A DNA stretch of 63,651 bases, counting the filler, from Sphacelaria rigidula (Eukaryota), in NCBI GenBank assembly GCA_964200075.2. It is 7 parts of 7 records of this genome, joined end to end, with 100 filler letters (N's around TTAATTAATTAA, not from the genome) between each part and the next. Parts side by side here need not be neighbours in the genome. Positions count along the whole stretch, not along the records: positions 1 to 9,008 come from CAXNAA020009529.1; positions 9,109 to 18,116 come from CAXNAA020009530.1; 5 more parts are not named here. One strand, given 5' to 3'. Position numbers and translations under genes: made by a program. Below, piece after piece: positions 1-12,992 of this stretch. How positions within the stretch are numbered: the stretch's first letter is position 1; each line of letters starts with the position of its first letter. Below the pieces are notes generated by a model that was not told the origin of the DNA, did not search any database, and was given only the letters and a program-made list of their open reading frames with translations.

Positions 1-399
1 GGCAGAGAAAACTCGGCAAAAGTGGTGAACATGTGAAATGATACATGTACATAATACACATGGGTTGAATGAAGGGAGAAAAAGCGCGCGAGTCATCGCT
101 TTGTCCGCTTCGATCGAGCAAGTATATGTTGCCCTCCGCGAGAAATAAACAGACGTGGACAAACAAAACACAAGTGATGAGGGAGCCTCCAATTACATAG
201 AACGATATTTTCGTGAGATTGAGAGGAGAGGATACTCGTACGGTTGACAAGGAAAAGCGGTCAATTAGTGATTAAATCGTTTCAGTTCCGCAATATCCCT
301 CCGCGAGGCCCTTACCGGAGCAGCGGGCTAACTCACAATTATTAGCCTGCGAAGCACCAGCACAGAGATGATCATGTGACGTCAGTGTTGCTCCAGAAG

Positions 400-780
400 C
401 AAAAAACTTTTTTTCAGAACAGAATCTTACCGTTCTGCCCTCTAGTGCGCACTGCTGCAGCACACCGCACCAGATATAGCGACTTGGAACTACTGATTAT
501 GGTTTGCACAGCCTATGAGCGATGTTTCAGCGCCTCGCAGCGGCTGCAGCACGCTTAGGGCCGTCCGCCATGAAGTGCGCAGCTCAACAGACTGTATGTC
601 GATCGTTGCACTACAGATGGTCATGATCCAGAAAGGACCGCAGTACAGACCGGTGCCAGTTTGCTACTGCGTCGGCCGTCCAGTCGCTCAACATGTCCAA
701 GTTTATTCATCTGCGCATGCATATATGCATTCGCCTGTAGTGCGACACTGGTAGACCTTAACCCTTCGACCGCGAGGGTA
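400..780. repeat. Dispersed ~380-bp repeat; inverted copy at ~5430-5800
   Basis: e.g. tcatgatccagaaagg (621-636) is the reverse complement of cctttctggatcatga (~5557-5572); similarity runs over the whole length. Confidence 0.7.
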
Positions 781-861
781 GTCTTCCTGGACCACGCATA
801 CTTTTTTGGAGTCAAACTGATGCCGATTCCACACATGACCTACTCTCGCTGTCTTGGGGTT

Positions 862-1146
862 AAGAAATGTACGTGAACAACGATCGGTACTCGATTTGAC
901 TTGGTTTCAGACTCAAGAAAGTTATGAAAAAAAAATCATGATTTGGGGCAGGTGAGCATTGGTGAGCAGTAGAAGCAGGTCGTCCAGAACGTGTTTTGGT
1001 CCAAAATCGGCTCAAGGGCGTCGATTTGAGCTCTCGAAAGGCGTCGGTTCGAGTTCTCGGCAAGCCTTGGGCGATTTTAGTGCTAGGGATAGGGCTAGGG
1101 TTGGTGGCATCTCCACAGCACCAATCATTGTTTACGTACATTTCTT
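862..1146. mobile_element. MITE (TIR AGAAATGTACGTRAACAA...) with internal telomere-like repeats, copy 1
   Basis: TIRs aagaaatgtacgtgaacaacgatcggt / accaatcattgtttacgtacatttctt; homologous to 4873-5176; ctagggatagggctagggttgg near the right TIR. Confidence 0.75.
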
Positions 1147-2911
1147 CAAGCCCCCTCGGTGAAGTACTTGTGCAGGGATGCATCCTTGTCATAATAACAT
1201 TCTTGCGCCGGTACTTCACACAGGTGCATTCTTTGAGGGAACTCTCTGTTACGGGTTGCATCACCACAGGGATTTGGTCACCCCCCTGCGCTTGTCGAGC
1301 ACAGCTGACCGGTAGTGAGGACGTTTGCCCACGTGTGTGCCTTGTCTAACTCGCCAACAGCTCAATGTATGGTCTTGGTTATGTTGGTGACTAAGGCCAA
1401 GGCAATGTTCAATTGTTTTCAACTCCTTTGCTTTCATGTTCGTGTGACATTCGCTACACAACCGCTGTCTTCGTACTCCCGAATCAACGAGAACGCAAAG
1501 AAATACCCCGCCATGCACAGGCTTTTGTGGTTCGGGATCGACACCCCGCAAAAAAGAGCCAGTGCGGGCGACTTTCGATGGCCAGAACACGCGCCACAGG
1601 TATCAGATGACACCCAAACCTGAAAGGTAATGCACCGCTGCACCTTCTTCGTGCACTGCAAAAGAAAGCGCGTGATAAGATGCCTTGCAGCCTGAGGAAA
1701 CTCGGCAAAAGTGGTGAAAAAAGTGAAATTATACATGTACATATATATGACATATATATATATATATATACCTGCGTCGGGTGATGTATAGGCCTATATC
1801 AGGTTATATATATATATATATATATATATGCCTATACAGGTGATATTGAACAGTTTTCTGTCCTTACCAGGTGATCTACAGCGGAATATATTACCGCATT
1901 ACGTGATGCATGCGAGAGATCGGCTTTATCGGTGCAATGAGTAAACAAATATAACTGAAAAAATATATTTTATGTAAGAAGTAATAGATAATCAAGAATG
2001 ATTTATTAATAATGTAAATATCAAGGTTGGGTTGGGGTTTGGATTATCGTTTTTGGAACAAAGGGAAGACATCATGATGATAATAATAACAACAACAACA
2101 GCAGCAGCAGCAGCAGCAACATATTATAACCAATGAATCAGTTATATAATAGAATATAAAATATTATATTTTGTAATCAACTAATTAATGTTTGAGGATG
2201 GAGTGGGAATGTTTGTTGAGATGGGAAGCGATTTTTATTTTTTGGACACGGGGAAAACAATATGCCATACAGTGCGCGATATCTTTGACGCCTGCGTTTT
2301 ACCTACACAACGGAAACACGAGGTCGGTCAGACTTTTTTCACTGAGGTGAAGTTTTGTCCCAACCAATGGCGGGTACTGATGTGACAGTGCGATGGGTAC
2401 ATGGAGGCGAGAGTATCACTGGAAAACGCGACATATTTTATATAAGCGGGGATATATGCAATACACCACATACTTATGTTCCAAATAGAATAAATATCAG
2501 GTTATTTCATCATGTAGGTCAGATGTTAGGTGATACACGTCACATCGGCCAGAAATCACGTGATATATAGTGTATATAGTATATATACACCACTATATAT
2601 CATATACCCTACATATATCACGTTCATGGCGATATATGGAGAAATGTGGGGTATATCAACTTGACTACAAATATCTAAACTTTCATGACATATCACCTTT
2701 TTTCGGAGGGGTATATATAGATACACTATATCTCAAAAAGTTGATATGATACCAGGCTCCACAGCAGATCATCACAATGGATGGTATTTAGACAGCATTC
2801 AAACAGATTTCTGATTCGGTACAAAATCTTGGAACACAAATCAGAACGTACGACGTTCGGGGTAACGTAGAACACCCCCGAACCCCCCAACAACTGGACA
2901 CAGCATGGCAC

Positions 2912-3047
2912 CTTGATCTCCAGGCCTCCATCTTCCGCCGCGCCGAACCGCTTCAGAAGCGGTAGAGTAACCGCCTTCAAAGCATCAACGGACAGATCCA
3001 CGTTGTCGTTGGTGATACCGGAAAGCACCAGGTTGAACGGTGCCTTG
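2912..3047 (-). CDS. RCL1: RCL1 exon 4 (later exons not found in this contig)
   Basis: CAG acceptor; (S)KAPFNLVLSGITNDNVDLSVDALKAVTLPLLKRFGAAEDGGLEIK containing the GITN motif; donor GTGCCA. Confidence 0.9.
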
Positions 3048-3423
3048 CTGTGAGGCGCCGAAAAAATCGCAGGAGAAACCGGGTATTGGTACATGAAACC
3101 GCAAGGATCCAAACGCAATTTCAACATTCCCACGCTGGTGCGCCATTCGACTCACCTACAGATCAGCCAAGCGCAATTTGGGGGCCAGGAGAGTATCACG
3201 TTAGCTACTACAGAAACTGGGTTGTCAGAAATAACACACGGCTGCAACCTTAGACGTCTGAACGGGGCCAAGCACCGCCAAGGGACACGATAATGTGCAC
3301 TCGAAAGCACCGTACGTTCCATACGAGTTGACCCGTATCGTTTTGTCAAGTCAACACGTGGATGTGCTGGACTCTGGTTAACTATCGTCACAATAGTCTA
3401 GATTGTTTTGCTACAAATCTCAC

Positions 3424-3560
3424 CTGAAGAGTGCAAGGGGCATGAGTGCTTCGATAAACCAGCCGAGAGAGCGAGTGGTCCCGCAGTCGTGTGTTACCCT
3501 TCCGCCCGTCACGTAGCCAGGCTTGAACCTGAGCGTCGTGCCGGTCTCATTGATTTCCAC
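3424..3560 (-). CDS. RCL1: RCL1 exon 3
   Basis: CAG acceptor; VEINETGTTLRFKPGYVTGGRVTHDCGTTRSLGWFIEALMPLALF; donor GTGAGA. Not in the ORF track. Confidence 0.92.
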
Positions 3561-4217
3561 CTGCATCACTTAGCGCGGATCACCAGTGGTACAGTCATGG
3601 TCCAGCGGGGCGAGACGAGACTGAGAGCGGGCTCGAGAAGTTGAGCGCGAGTTGGCTAGACATGTTGACATGACACCAATCCATGGGGATCCACAGCTTA
3701 CGTAGGTATGCGCAGTTCAGTACACCATGAGGGCAAGGCAGACCGTGGTATGTATATGGTACATGTGTCATCTAGCAGTGATGACCATAAATGACTTGAA
3801 GTGATAGTTGCGGTTACAACAGAGCAGAGGCGCCCAGCAGGATGGAAGCACGTCCACACCCTGCACGTACCGATCAGCCCTAACATTTCGGCTGCTCATG
3901 AATAAAAAGAAATATTGCCGTCGTTCTTTTGGCTGGTCATTCGAATCTTTCGGTTCTTTCAACCGCCGCTGGATGTTATAGCCGATGGGTCTGACAGCTG
4001 CTTTTTGTTTTCCCATCATTAAACTCGACGTCTAGCCCGCCGATATGGCAAGGGCATGATGCCATGAATAGACGAATACTCCTCATGCGGGAATAGCATT
4101 CATGGAGGGGGGGTGCATTCAACGTACCGGTGGTATACACCGTGAACCCTACACTACCTTACAACTCATCCTTTAGAGAGGTGTACTGTACGACGGTTAG
4201 GGAACGGTCTGACTTAC

Positions 4218-4374
4218 CTTAGTGCCGTTGGTGAGTTTGTCCACCAGCCGAAGAAACGCGGCCTCGTGTCCCATCAGGCCCATGTGAATATCTTGCTGGA
4301 GATCCATGGTTGTCGGAAACGGTCGTATGTTGTCGATGCGGATCGCTCGTCCACTTAGCACGGAGCACACCACC
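4218..4374 (-). CDS. RCL1: RCL1 exon 2
   Basis: CAG acceptor; (R)VVCSVLSGRAIRIDNIR...GLMGHEAAFLRLVDKLTNGTK; donor GTAAGT. Confidence 0.92.
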
Positions 4375-4872
4375 CTGATGTACACGGGCATGGGAAACGA
4401 AACGATCCACAGTATTGCGCCAAAACAAGAAAGTCAAACGTATGCGGATTTCCGCGTACAGGAGCCATCGTGCAAAATATAAGCGTAGAGCATCTCCAAA
4501 GTAGGTATAATCCAAACAGGCGAGGAGCCCCTTGGGAAGGACCCAGGGCCCAACACGCAGCATACCTGAAAAGCTATGTTCGAGGGTAGATCGTCGGCGC
4601 AAGTCGCAGGCTAAAAACGTGACCATGTCTCGTGTTCGGTGGTGTGCATGGTGTTGCTCGGTAAGGGTGCCTTGCGGGTCCCATAGCACGCCGATAGTTG
4701 GCGGCCATGGTTCGCGTTCCCGCCCGTCACCACGCCTAGGGTGTAATATATGGAGTGTGCAGTCCGCCTGAAAAAGAAGCATCTTAATTGCTTTCAGCAC
4801 AAATGAGAACGACATGATCGTTTGCATGCATGCCTGGCGGGGCAGCTGGTGGCTTTTAACTCAGTAGAGCTG

Positions 4873-5176
4873 AGAATTTGTACGTAAACAATGGTTGGTA
4901 CTTGATTTTACTTGATTTTAGGCTGAACAAAGTTCTGAGAAAATTCATGGTCTGGGGCAGGTGAGCAGTGGACCCAGCTCGTCCAGAACGTGTTTTGGTC
5001 CAAAATCGGCTGAAAGGCGTCGATTTGAGCTCTGGCAACGCACACTTTGCCTAAGGAACAATCTGCACCCCCTTGCCCGAGGGTTCTTGGTATATCTTGG
5101 TCGGGGCTAGGGTTAGGGTTAGCGTTAGGGTTGGCGGCATCTCCATAGTTCCAACCATTGTCTACGTACAAATCCC
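4873..5176. mobile_element. Same MITE family, copy 2, in RCL1 intron 1
   Basis: TIRs atttgtacgtaaacaatggttgg / ccaaccattgtctacgtacaaat; contains ctagggttagggttagcgttagggttgg. Confidence 0.75.
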
Positions 5177-6024
5177 TAGGCGTAACCAGGGCGTAACCGC
5201 ATCTCGTCTTTATTTGGATACTTTCCTACGGTAAACTCTCAATTATCAGAGCAACTTTCATTGCCGATTTCTCGCCTGCGACTCGGCGTCCCCTCATGAA
5301 ACTTTGCGCACGAGTCGGACACAACACAGGCAACATATGCGTCAAGCTCCCGCACGCTTGGGCTCCGCACAAATTACTAACATGACCATAAGCAATTTCG
5401 GGGAATGCCATCGATGCGCCCTAAAAGCGGCTACCCCGCAGTCCAGGCTTCGCGCACTAAAGGTGAATGCATACATGCACGCGCAGGTCTACTAACTTCG
5501 ACATCTTGAGCGGCTGGGCGGCCGATGTGGTATTATCGCAAACTGAAAGGGGTGACCCTTTCTGGATCATGACTATTGGTAGTGTACCAACCGGCGTGTA
5601 GTCTGTAGAGGTTCGCAGTTCATGACGCACGGCCCTACTCGCGCTGTAGCCGCTGCAAGGCGCTGAAACTCCGATTATATTTTATGCGAAGCACAGTCAA
5701 CAGTTCCCTGTCGCTATGTCTGGTGCTGCGCACTGCAGCAAGGCGGACTAGAGGGAAAAGTGGTCAGATTTTGTTCCCCAAAAATGTTTTTTTCTTTTTC
5801 TTTTGGCGCAACACTGCCAGTATCAACGCATGTACTGTACGTTCGGACGTCACTAAGAAGCGCAGTCCTTGGATTACAGCAGTGCTTCAGCTTACAGTAG
5901 TAATACCACACAAAATTCTCGTGATCAGCGAGACCAGGGGATCGCAAAGGCGTAGACAACAGACAGCGCCAGGCGGAATGCTGCTCCGTGCAATCCATCT
6001 AGAAGAATTGTAGATTGGCCGCAC

Positions 6025-6173
6025 CTTTGGCGAAAGTGCTTGCTGCCTGTGAAGCGCAGCACCGCCGAGCTCGGTTCATTGGGCTTGTTCGCTGATTTCG
6101 TCCTTGATTTGGGCCTTTCCTTGCCCATTTTTCGGGCCTTAGTCCTTGGCTTATCCGCTGATGCTTTCGCCAT
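6025..6173 (-). CDS. RCL1: RNA 3'-terminal phosphate cyclase-like protein, exon 1
   Basis: ATG at 6173; MAKASADKPR...VLRFTGSKHFRQ(R), the RCL1 N-terminal motif; donor AG|GTGCGG, phase 2 matches exon 2. Confidence 0.85.
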
Positions 6174-6564
6174 CTCTCGCTGAAGCACTGCACACTGATT
6201 TTGATCACAGCATCACGACCTGGTGTGAGTGGAGCGGACAGTCCCGCGAAATGATGACGGGGTATAACACCCGGTAGCGATAACTGTTCGCTATTCGATC
6301 TCGATTTACCGATATAGAAGGCCTTTGATCCCCAGTACATGTACCTACAATGGAATTTATCAAAAATTCACTTGTAGTAATGGCCTTGAAAGTTGTGATT
6401 ACCGTGTAACTAGATGAGGCGCTTTAAATAACAGATGTGTTGATTTGGGGTATGGGGGTGCTATCCGAAGAATGGAAAATGACTAAACATGTACGAATGA
6501 ACCGTACATGTTTGAAAGTTTGGAACATGCGACGCACAGGAAGTTGAAGCACAAATTGATCTCG

Positions 6565-6661
6565 ATGCGGCGCTTCCAGGGCTTGCTACTGGCATTGCTG
6601 CAGCCGCAGGCTGTGTATGCATTTGTGGGAGGGTGCGTGATTTGTTCGTCGATGTCCCGAG
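6565..6661 (+). CDS. Possible first exon of a divergent gene with a signal-peptide-like N-terminus
   Basis: MRRFQGLLLALLQPQAVYAFVGGCVICSSMSR then donor G|GTACAG; ATG lies ~390 bp from the RCL1 ATG. No convincing in-phase downstream exon found. Confidence 0.3.
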
Positions 6662-8854
6662 GTACAGTGCGTCGAAGCTACCTCAGTCTGCACAACTGTA
6701 TGTTATGTCAGGCGACATACACATAGAGTGCTCACGTCGTTGTGTCTGGCATGCCAACATCCTTGCTGCACTCTGGTCTTAGCTCGCACAAATCATCATC
6801 AAGCTCCAGTGCTTTCTTTCGGTATCCGAGCTGTATGCTGTATATGGTGGCATATGCTGTTCTATGTGGATAGTGCTGTCCGATTTATGATATATTTCGC
6901 CTTGCTCCACGCACTAATGACACCTTCCAAATGAAGCTGCACACAAAAATACACGCGAGTCATATTTCAGTGTCTCGCCAGATTTGGTGTCAAGACCTCT
7001 CGGAGTCATCAGACTCGATGAAGCACGTAGCCACGAGCATACCATCATGAGCCTCTGGAATACGTCTATAGCTACCTCCTCCAAGAACTCCGGCTCAATT
7101 CCACACACCACAGCGCGGAAACTGACGGTTGATATTCCCCAAGTGCTAGCACAATACAGTACGAGTACGAGGAGATGAATTTCCTTTTTTTCACCAAATA
7201 ATGGCCATATTCCATTGTCGTTGGTGGAACGCGATCGAACAGGATTCACGCTGTACCGCCCAACAAATTCCCTCGCAACAAGTTAGGACTTCGTGCACTA
7301 GTAGATGTGTCTTGGCTATTAATGACAACTGGTTTGTGTTTTGATGGGTTGTGCGTGAATGGAGATATTGTCAATTCTGTACGGGGTGTTTGAGCATGGA
7401 AGATGCGATCGAAACGATAACTAAAAGTAAGCAAAGAAGCGATTTTGCCCCACATGGCGCTTGCTGGCGAATCCGAACTTTTTTGGTTTGGTACTGCACT
7501 AGGGCGGATGCGAAAAGAAACACTGCGAACGGACGGACTGACGCATAAGTGCCGTTGCACAGGAGGCAAACCCGTCGGTGTGCGATAATGAACCCAAAAT
7601 GGGTCGCGCAAACGGAGCCATGGGTGTTTTTCAACATGAGCTTTCACAGGATGCGGGTTGCATACTCGTACGAGAGAACTGAAACAGACCGGAGGTCAAA
7701 TAACAGTCTCGTAGAAGAGTGGTTTGTCAAGTTATGGTAGGTTTTGTGCGATAGTATGACGTCTGTGTGTAGGGATGACAAACAGTTGTGCACTGAACTG
7801 TTTCTCTCTGTTACCGTGTAAAAAAAAGTCCCTCCGCAACATGGGTGGCAGCTTTTATCTCGAGGTCTGCAGTCATTATTGTATCGGTTACATGGAAGAC
7901 AGCGGTACTGAAAACAAGAACGGGCCTACCAAATAACTTAAAAATGGACACAAGTTACCGACGAATGATCCCGTAGTGGTGTATACGGTAAACAACGTGT
8001 TCCAGCCGCATGAGCATGAGAAAACCATACATGTCTCAATCATCCCCGGAGGAAATTATTTGGGCGTGCTTGGGCGGTGAACCTATGAATCAGCAAACCT
8101 CGGGGGTGTTATTCCCTAGTCTACTGCATGTACCTACCCTACGATGCAGCGTTCTGTTCGCCGCAGACGCTCAAGAAACTCGGAAGGCTCTCCTTCCTTC
8201 GCGAGGCAACCCTCTTCAGAACTAAAATGCCTTTTCGATCACCATCAAGTTCCAACGTGCCGATGCATGAACATACTGATGTCTGTACCGTACCGTCTTG
8301 TACTACATGTATTGACTATCGTGTAGTTTTATGTCTGAAAAATGCTAAAGTTGTCTTTTTTTCTTGTGTGTAGTTACCAATCCATTTAGAAGTCAAACGG
8401 AGAAAAAGCGCGGCGAGCGGACCGCTTGTCGTCCCTGGATTCGGCATTTACTTCCAAATGGACACACGCAAATGTGGACCGTGAAGCTGCGCTACTATCA
8501 GAGAGAGGCTTGCGCTCTATCTACCCACGTGTCAGCAACTCTTGACACATCATGACGGTGAGGGCTGTCAAATAGTCACACTGTGAGCGCTGCCTGAGAC
8601 CATTTTCCATCATGCTCATAATGATGAGCTACAGCACGGCGACCTCGCTGCAGCGCAAAGGTTTCTGAACTTCGACTGTGCAACAACCGTTGGCGCGTTG
8701 ATGGAACGGAGTTTCGCCAGTCGGCCTGCGCTGTGCTTGCCCCCATGACCACTGCTGCTGCTGCTCTGTCTTGCGCAAAAGATAGTGGAATCGTGGCTTG
8801 ACTACTGCACAGTCAGCTGTATGAAGGCGCCAAGTATTGTCCCCCCGACCCCCG

Positions 8855-9008
8855 ATGGGGTTGGCGACGGTTGGCGATGACGCTGTAAAACACGCCACTC
8901 ACTGCGTAAGCTAGGCAACCAGGTTACCAGTTTTTGTTTTGGCGCGCTTGCGTTTTTTTTTTCCGGTAACCATGATGGTGGTCGAGCTAGGTCATGTTGT
9001 GCGGCGTG
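8855..9008. repeat. Dispersed repeat (TAGGCAACCRGGTTACC family); longer copies at ~27470-27890 (+) and ~55445-55845 (-)
   Basis: Shared cactcactgcg...taggcaaccaggttacc...catgat...gtcgagctag block found in three separate contigs. Confidence 0.7.
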
Positions 9009-9108
9009 NNNNNNNNNNNNNNNNNNNNNNNNNNNNNNNNNNNNNNNNNNNNTTAATTAATTAANNNNNNNNNNNNNNNNNNNNNNNNNNNNNNNNNNNN
9101 NNNNNNNN
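9009..9108. other. Artificial contig linker
   Basis: N44-TTAATTAATTAA-N44 (stops in all six frames). Confidence 0.98.
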
Positions 9109-9153
<45 letters not shown>

Positions 9154-10465
9154 TTACCATCGCGCACGTCTGCCCAAACGCGGCATCATCAGGTGTGGAC
9201 ACTGTAGTGAGGAACGATGTCGTAGAGGGGTAAGGGGTAGCACAGGGGAGTACAACAGAACGCGTGCGCAGGCGCTTTGTCGGCAACAGTGAAAGCCTCG
9301 TCAAGTCCAAACCCCGCAAGCGCGACAGCGCGTTACGCCCGAAAATAACGCGTTCCGTGCGTGGAATTTAATTCAGAGCGCTCAGTTGAAATCAGTGCAG
9401 AGGTTACGTTATGGTGGCCACATACACAGCACTGGCAGAACACTTTCTGGAGTCTCTGCATACATACTCCGCGATATGAATCCCTGGTGTTTGGTTGATA
9501 CCACCCTTGGACGGAAGAAAACTGCGTCGTTCGGGGATGCACTACGTGACGCAAGCGGTCTAAGGTGCGAGGCAATCGATGGGGAGCCGACATGTGGCGT
9601 CGGCGTTGACATTTTTCTGTTCATCTTGAGCGGTGTACATCCAGAGCTGTATTTTGCTGGAGCGAAACATACTCATGGTGGGCTCGGGTGTGTAAGAACT
9701 GTGGTACTATACTGCACTTCTGTGCAACTCGGTGATACACGTATTGCTGTCGTTGGTGAAACGCTTTGTGAAGGGAGCACGTATGTAGTCGTTGCTATAA
9801 CGTGGGCAGAAGGGGCCATTTGTTTGCGCTCGTGACTTTTTCAGGCACATGCCTGATGGATTCAATCATGCGTGACCGGTACGCTCGTGGGGTTTTGATC
9901 CATTGACCTGATGCCTGATTTTTGTATTGACTGATTGACTGATTGTCGCACTTTAACTGACCCCCCAGGGGTCCGGCCGTGGTCTATTCAAATGTCCGAA
10001 GCGGGAAAATGATGCCGTGAGCCACATAGTTTTCTCAAACGTTCTTCCGCTGAGGGGTATAGTGCAGATATTTCAAAATTTCGTTCAGTGTAGCAGTGCT
10101 TGAAAAAAAAAAAGCAGTGCCCCGTGTTGTGCAATCCAACATAACGATTTTCCGTTCTGTGGCTGTATACCGTGCTCCCGCGAGCCACAGATCTTTCTTA
10201 AAAGTTCTTCCGGTGAGAGGTATATGTGCAGAATTCCGGTAAATGGCTCGATCTTTCCGTTCGGATATATCTCAGCTGCGAATCGGCGTAGCAGCACCGT
10301 TACTATTCTGTGGTTTTAGAACATGCAACAGTGAGCATGAACACTCTGCATAATTTTGAGTAACGGGTACATGGCGTTTGCTTGCATGGCAAGGGATTGC
10401 CTTCCCCCGAAGAGAAATATCTTTTCTTATTTCTGCTGTTCCCCTTGGTGCCCCCCTCTCTTTTA

Positions 10466-10623
10466 AAGGTACAACACCTACGCCCACGATTCTCTTCGGG
10501 GGAGGGGTGGGCGTACTCATTTGTTGCTTGCCTTAATGGTCACACGACTAAGGCAAGCAACAAATGAGTACGCCCCCCCCCCCCCTCCCCTAGAGAGAAT
10601 CGTGGGCGTGGGTGTTGTACCTT
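10466..10623. mobile_element. Palindrome formed by two C-tailed LINE 3' ends plus inverted flank
   Basis: ~70-bp arms aaggtacaacac..gcgtactcatttgttgcttgcctta / taaggcaagcaacaaatgagtacgc..gtgttgtacctt around a 13-nt loop (10536-10548). Confidence 0.8.
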
Positions 10624-11309
10624 GTTGGGCGCCCAAAAGACCATCTTTCTTGCGTGGATCATGAATATTCTGCGGTGTCGCAATCGTGTGCGTATGCAGT
10701 GCAGCTATGTGTTTGGTTTGCAAGTCCTACAACATGCATGCCTGCATGCAACAGTAAACATAAAAAAAACACCCTGCGTACAACAGTTCGTAGATCAGGG
10801 TGGTTCGCATGGCACGGGCTTGTCTTTCTCCCAAGGGGAAGAGGGGCCTGTTCTTGTTGGGCTCCACAAAAGACCGTGTTTCTTTCGCAGGCCATGAGTG
10901 ACCTACGGTCTCGCATGTGCAGTGTAGCAGTGCGTTTATTTCGGAAGACCTGAAACATAAAGACCTTGTGTACGACAGTAACGAATGTGCCCTTTTTTGC
11001 GTGGTGCGGGTTTGTTTTTTCTGCTCTCCCCTCCCCCCGTTGCCCCCCTCCCCAAAAGAGAGTCCCTCAAAAGAGTCGTGGGCGTGGGTGTTTTTCCGTG
11101 TGGCGATGAAAAGGTGGTGTTGTTTTGGTATATGAAACGATGTAAAACGATGTAAAAAAGAGAGCACAGACAGGAAAGAGGGCGCCGGACACAGGAGCGT
11201 CTAGTGTAAAATACTGTTTCGAAAAGGATCACTGATGGTTTGGATAAAGTATGGAAACAAAGTGGACAAAAATGTACTGATTTATGTATGAAGCGGCGAG
11301 ACATCCACG

Positions 11310-11560
11310 CCAATAATATAATTGATAATAATAAAAAAACGATGTCGATGAGGATAATAATGGTAGTTATAATGGTAATAATGGTAATTATGACAAGGAT
11401 GGGAATAGTAATCATGATGATAATAATAATTATTATATAGGAATACTAATGTTGATGATACTAATAATGATAATTATAGTAAAAACAATAATGATCATGA
11501 CAGTGATGGTAGTAATATTGATAATGACAATGATAATAGTGGTAAAAATATCATATTATT
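11310..11560. repeat. Degenerate (AAT/GAT/GGT)n microsatellite
   Basis: Trinucleotide low-complexity tract. Confidence 0.85.
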
Positions 11561-11629
11561 TTGTTTTTGTCGCACGTTGAATTCCTCCCCTTCCTCGGGA
11601 CAAATAATAATGATTTTTATTACTTTTTT

Positions 11630-11845
11630 TGTCGCACTTGTAACCCATCCCCTACCTCAGGGCGAGTCCGTAGTCTCAAGGAATCAGTCCATTTCTCCGC
11701 GGTACACGCCTTGCATTTTGGCCTCGCGAATTGGTTCAGCACTCCCGCACCGCGTGGACTCTCGTCAAACAGATTCAGTCTAGCTACTTCTTATCTACTC
11801 ACGTACTGACGCTTTCGACTGTGAAAATCAGACGATTCGAAGAAA
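11630..11845 (-). mobile_element. tRNA-derived SINE family B, copy lacking the head
   Basis: Body aligns by eye with 23856-24148 and 61040-61352 (cagcactcccgcaccgcgt...tactcacgt). Confidence 0.65.
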
Positions 11846-11847
11846 AC

Positions 11848-12661
11848 CAGGGCTATACACGTTACACGTGCCACAGCGCTACACGTTACGTTCACGTCAC
11901 GTTTTGACCGAAACGTAACGTGAACGTTGAATTTTTTAACGTGATGAACGTAATGTAACATAACCGTTGAATTTTCAGGTGGAACGTTAACGCAACGTTA
12001 TTTATTTTCACGTGCCAAACAAAACGTAACGCGAACGTTAAATTGTCCAAACGTTTAAAGCACGTGATATGAAACGTTTCATGAAACGTGTAACGTCTAT
12101 CATACTTTACACGTGTTTTAGACGTTACGTTTTACATGAAACGTCGTAAACACGTTATATGAAGCGGTGCTCACCTCAAGTTTGCAATGAAATTCGAAAT
12201 CCTAGCAGATTGTGCTTCAATAAACACGTGTGAGTTTGAATGACCACATTATAGGACATTCTATTTCAGCAAGTTCGCGCGCTCCGCGCCACAGCACACA
12301 CTACAGGTTATCGTTGCAACACAACACATAACATAACATCATGACCATCTTGACCACATTCATATCAATAAAAAACCCGGGTGTAACGTACCCGTTCACG
12401 TCACGTTAACGTAAGACGAGTACATGGGATGGATACAGGGAGGAGTGGGGGAATCGGCCGGCGGCTCGACAGCTAGGGGGTGACGCAGCTGTGGCGCGGA
12501 GCGCGCGAGCTTGCTGAAATAGTATGTCCGATACCATGGTGATTCAAAGTCACTCGTGTTTATTGAAGCACAATCTTCTTGCATTTCAAATTTCATTGCA
12601 GACTTGAGGTGTGCACCGCTTTATGTAACGTGTTTATGACATTTTTTGTAACGTGTAACGT
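11848..12661. repeat. ACGT-rich foldback region; ~170-bp inverted repeat 12133-12295 / 12488-12661
   Basis: tatttcagcaagttcgcgcgctccgcgccacagc vs gctgtggcgcggagcgcgcgagcttgctgaaata; dense AACGT/ACGTT subrepeats; starts CAGGGCT (hAT-like end). Confidence 0.75.
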
Positions 12662-12744
12662 AGTATTTAGACCAGTGCGTTGGGTTTTTCCAGGGTGAGC
12701 AGGGTTTAGACCAAACCGTAGTTGGATAGTTGGATAGACCATGT

Positions 12745-12992
12745 GACACTTTCTACGATAGCCCCCCCCAAAAAGTGCATGGTTTTGGGAGGCAAAATCT
12801 TCACGTAAATCGAAATGGGAAAAGCCGAGCACAACGAGCAGCTGGGGAATTCTCACGACTGGGTTCGTTCTAGCCAGTATTGCCAATATGAGGCGCTTCA
12901 TGCAGCCTGAACCCAAGCATCAGCCGCTGTATGCTCATTTTTTTCGTGACACTTTTGGCTGTTTTGGGGGGGGGGCTATCGTAGAAAGTGTC
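12745..12992. mobile_element. MITE with GATAGCCCCCCC TIRs; relatives at 23607-23858 and ~40960-41170
   Basis: TIR gacactttctacgatagcccccccc / ggggggggctatcgtagaaagtgtc. Confidence 0.8.

Noticed and set aside
5106-5133. Chromosome end
   Set aside because: Only ~4 imperfect units, inside a TIR element within an intron.
9053-9064. Recurrent TTAATTAATTAA motif
   Set aside because: Synthetic six-frame stop spacer within N runs.
10936-11440. Hydrophobic Ile-rich ORFs resembling a membrane protein
   Set aside because: Translation of an (AAT/GAT)n microsatellite.
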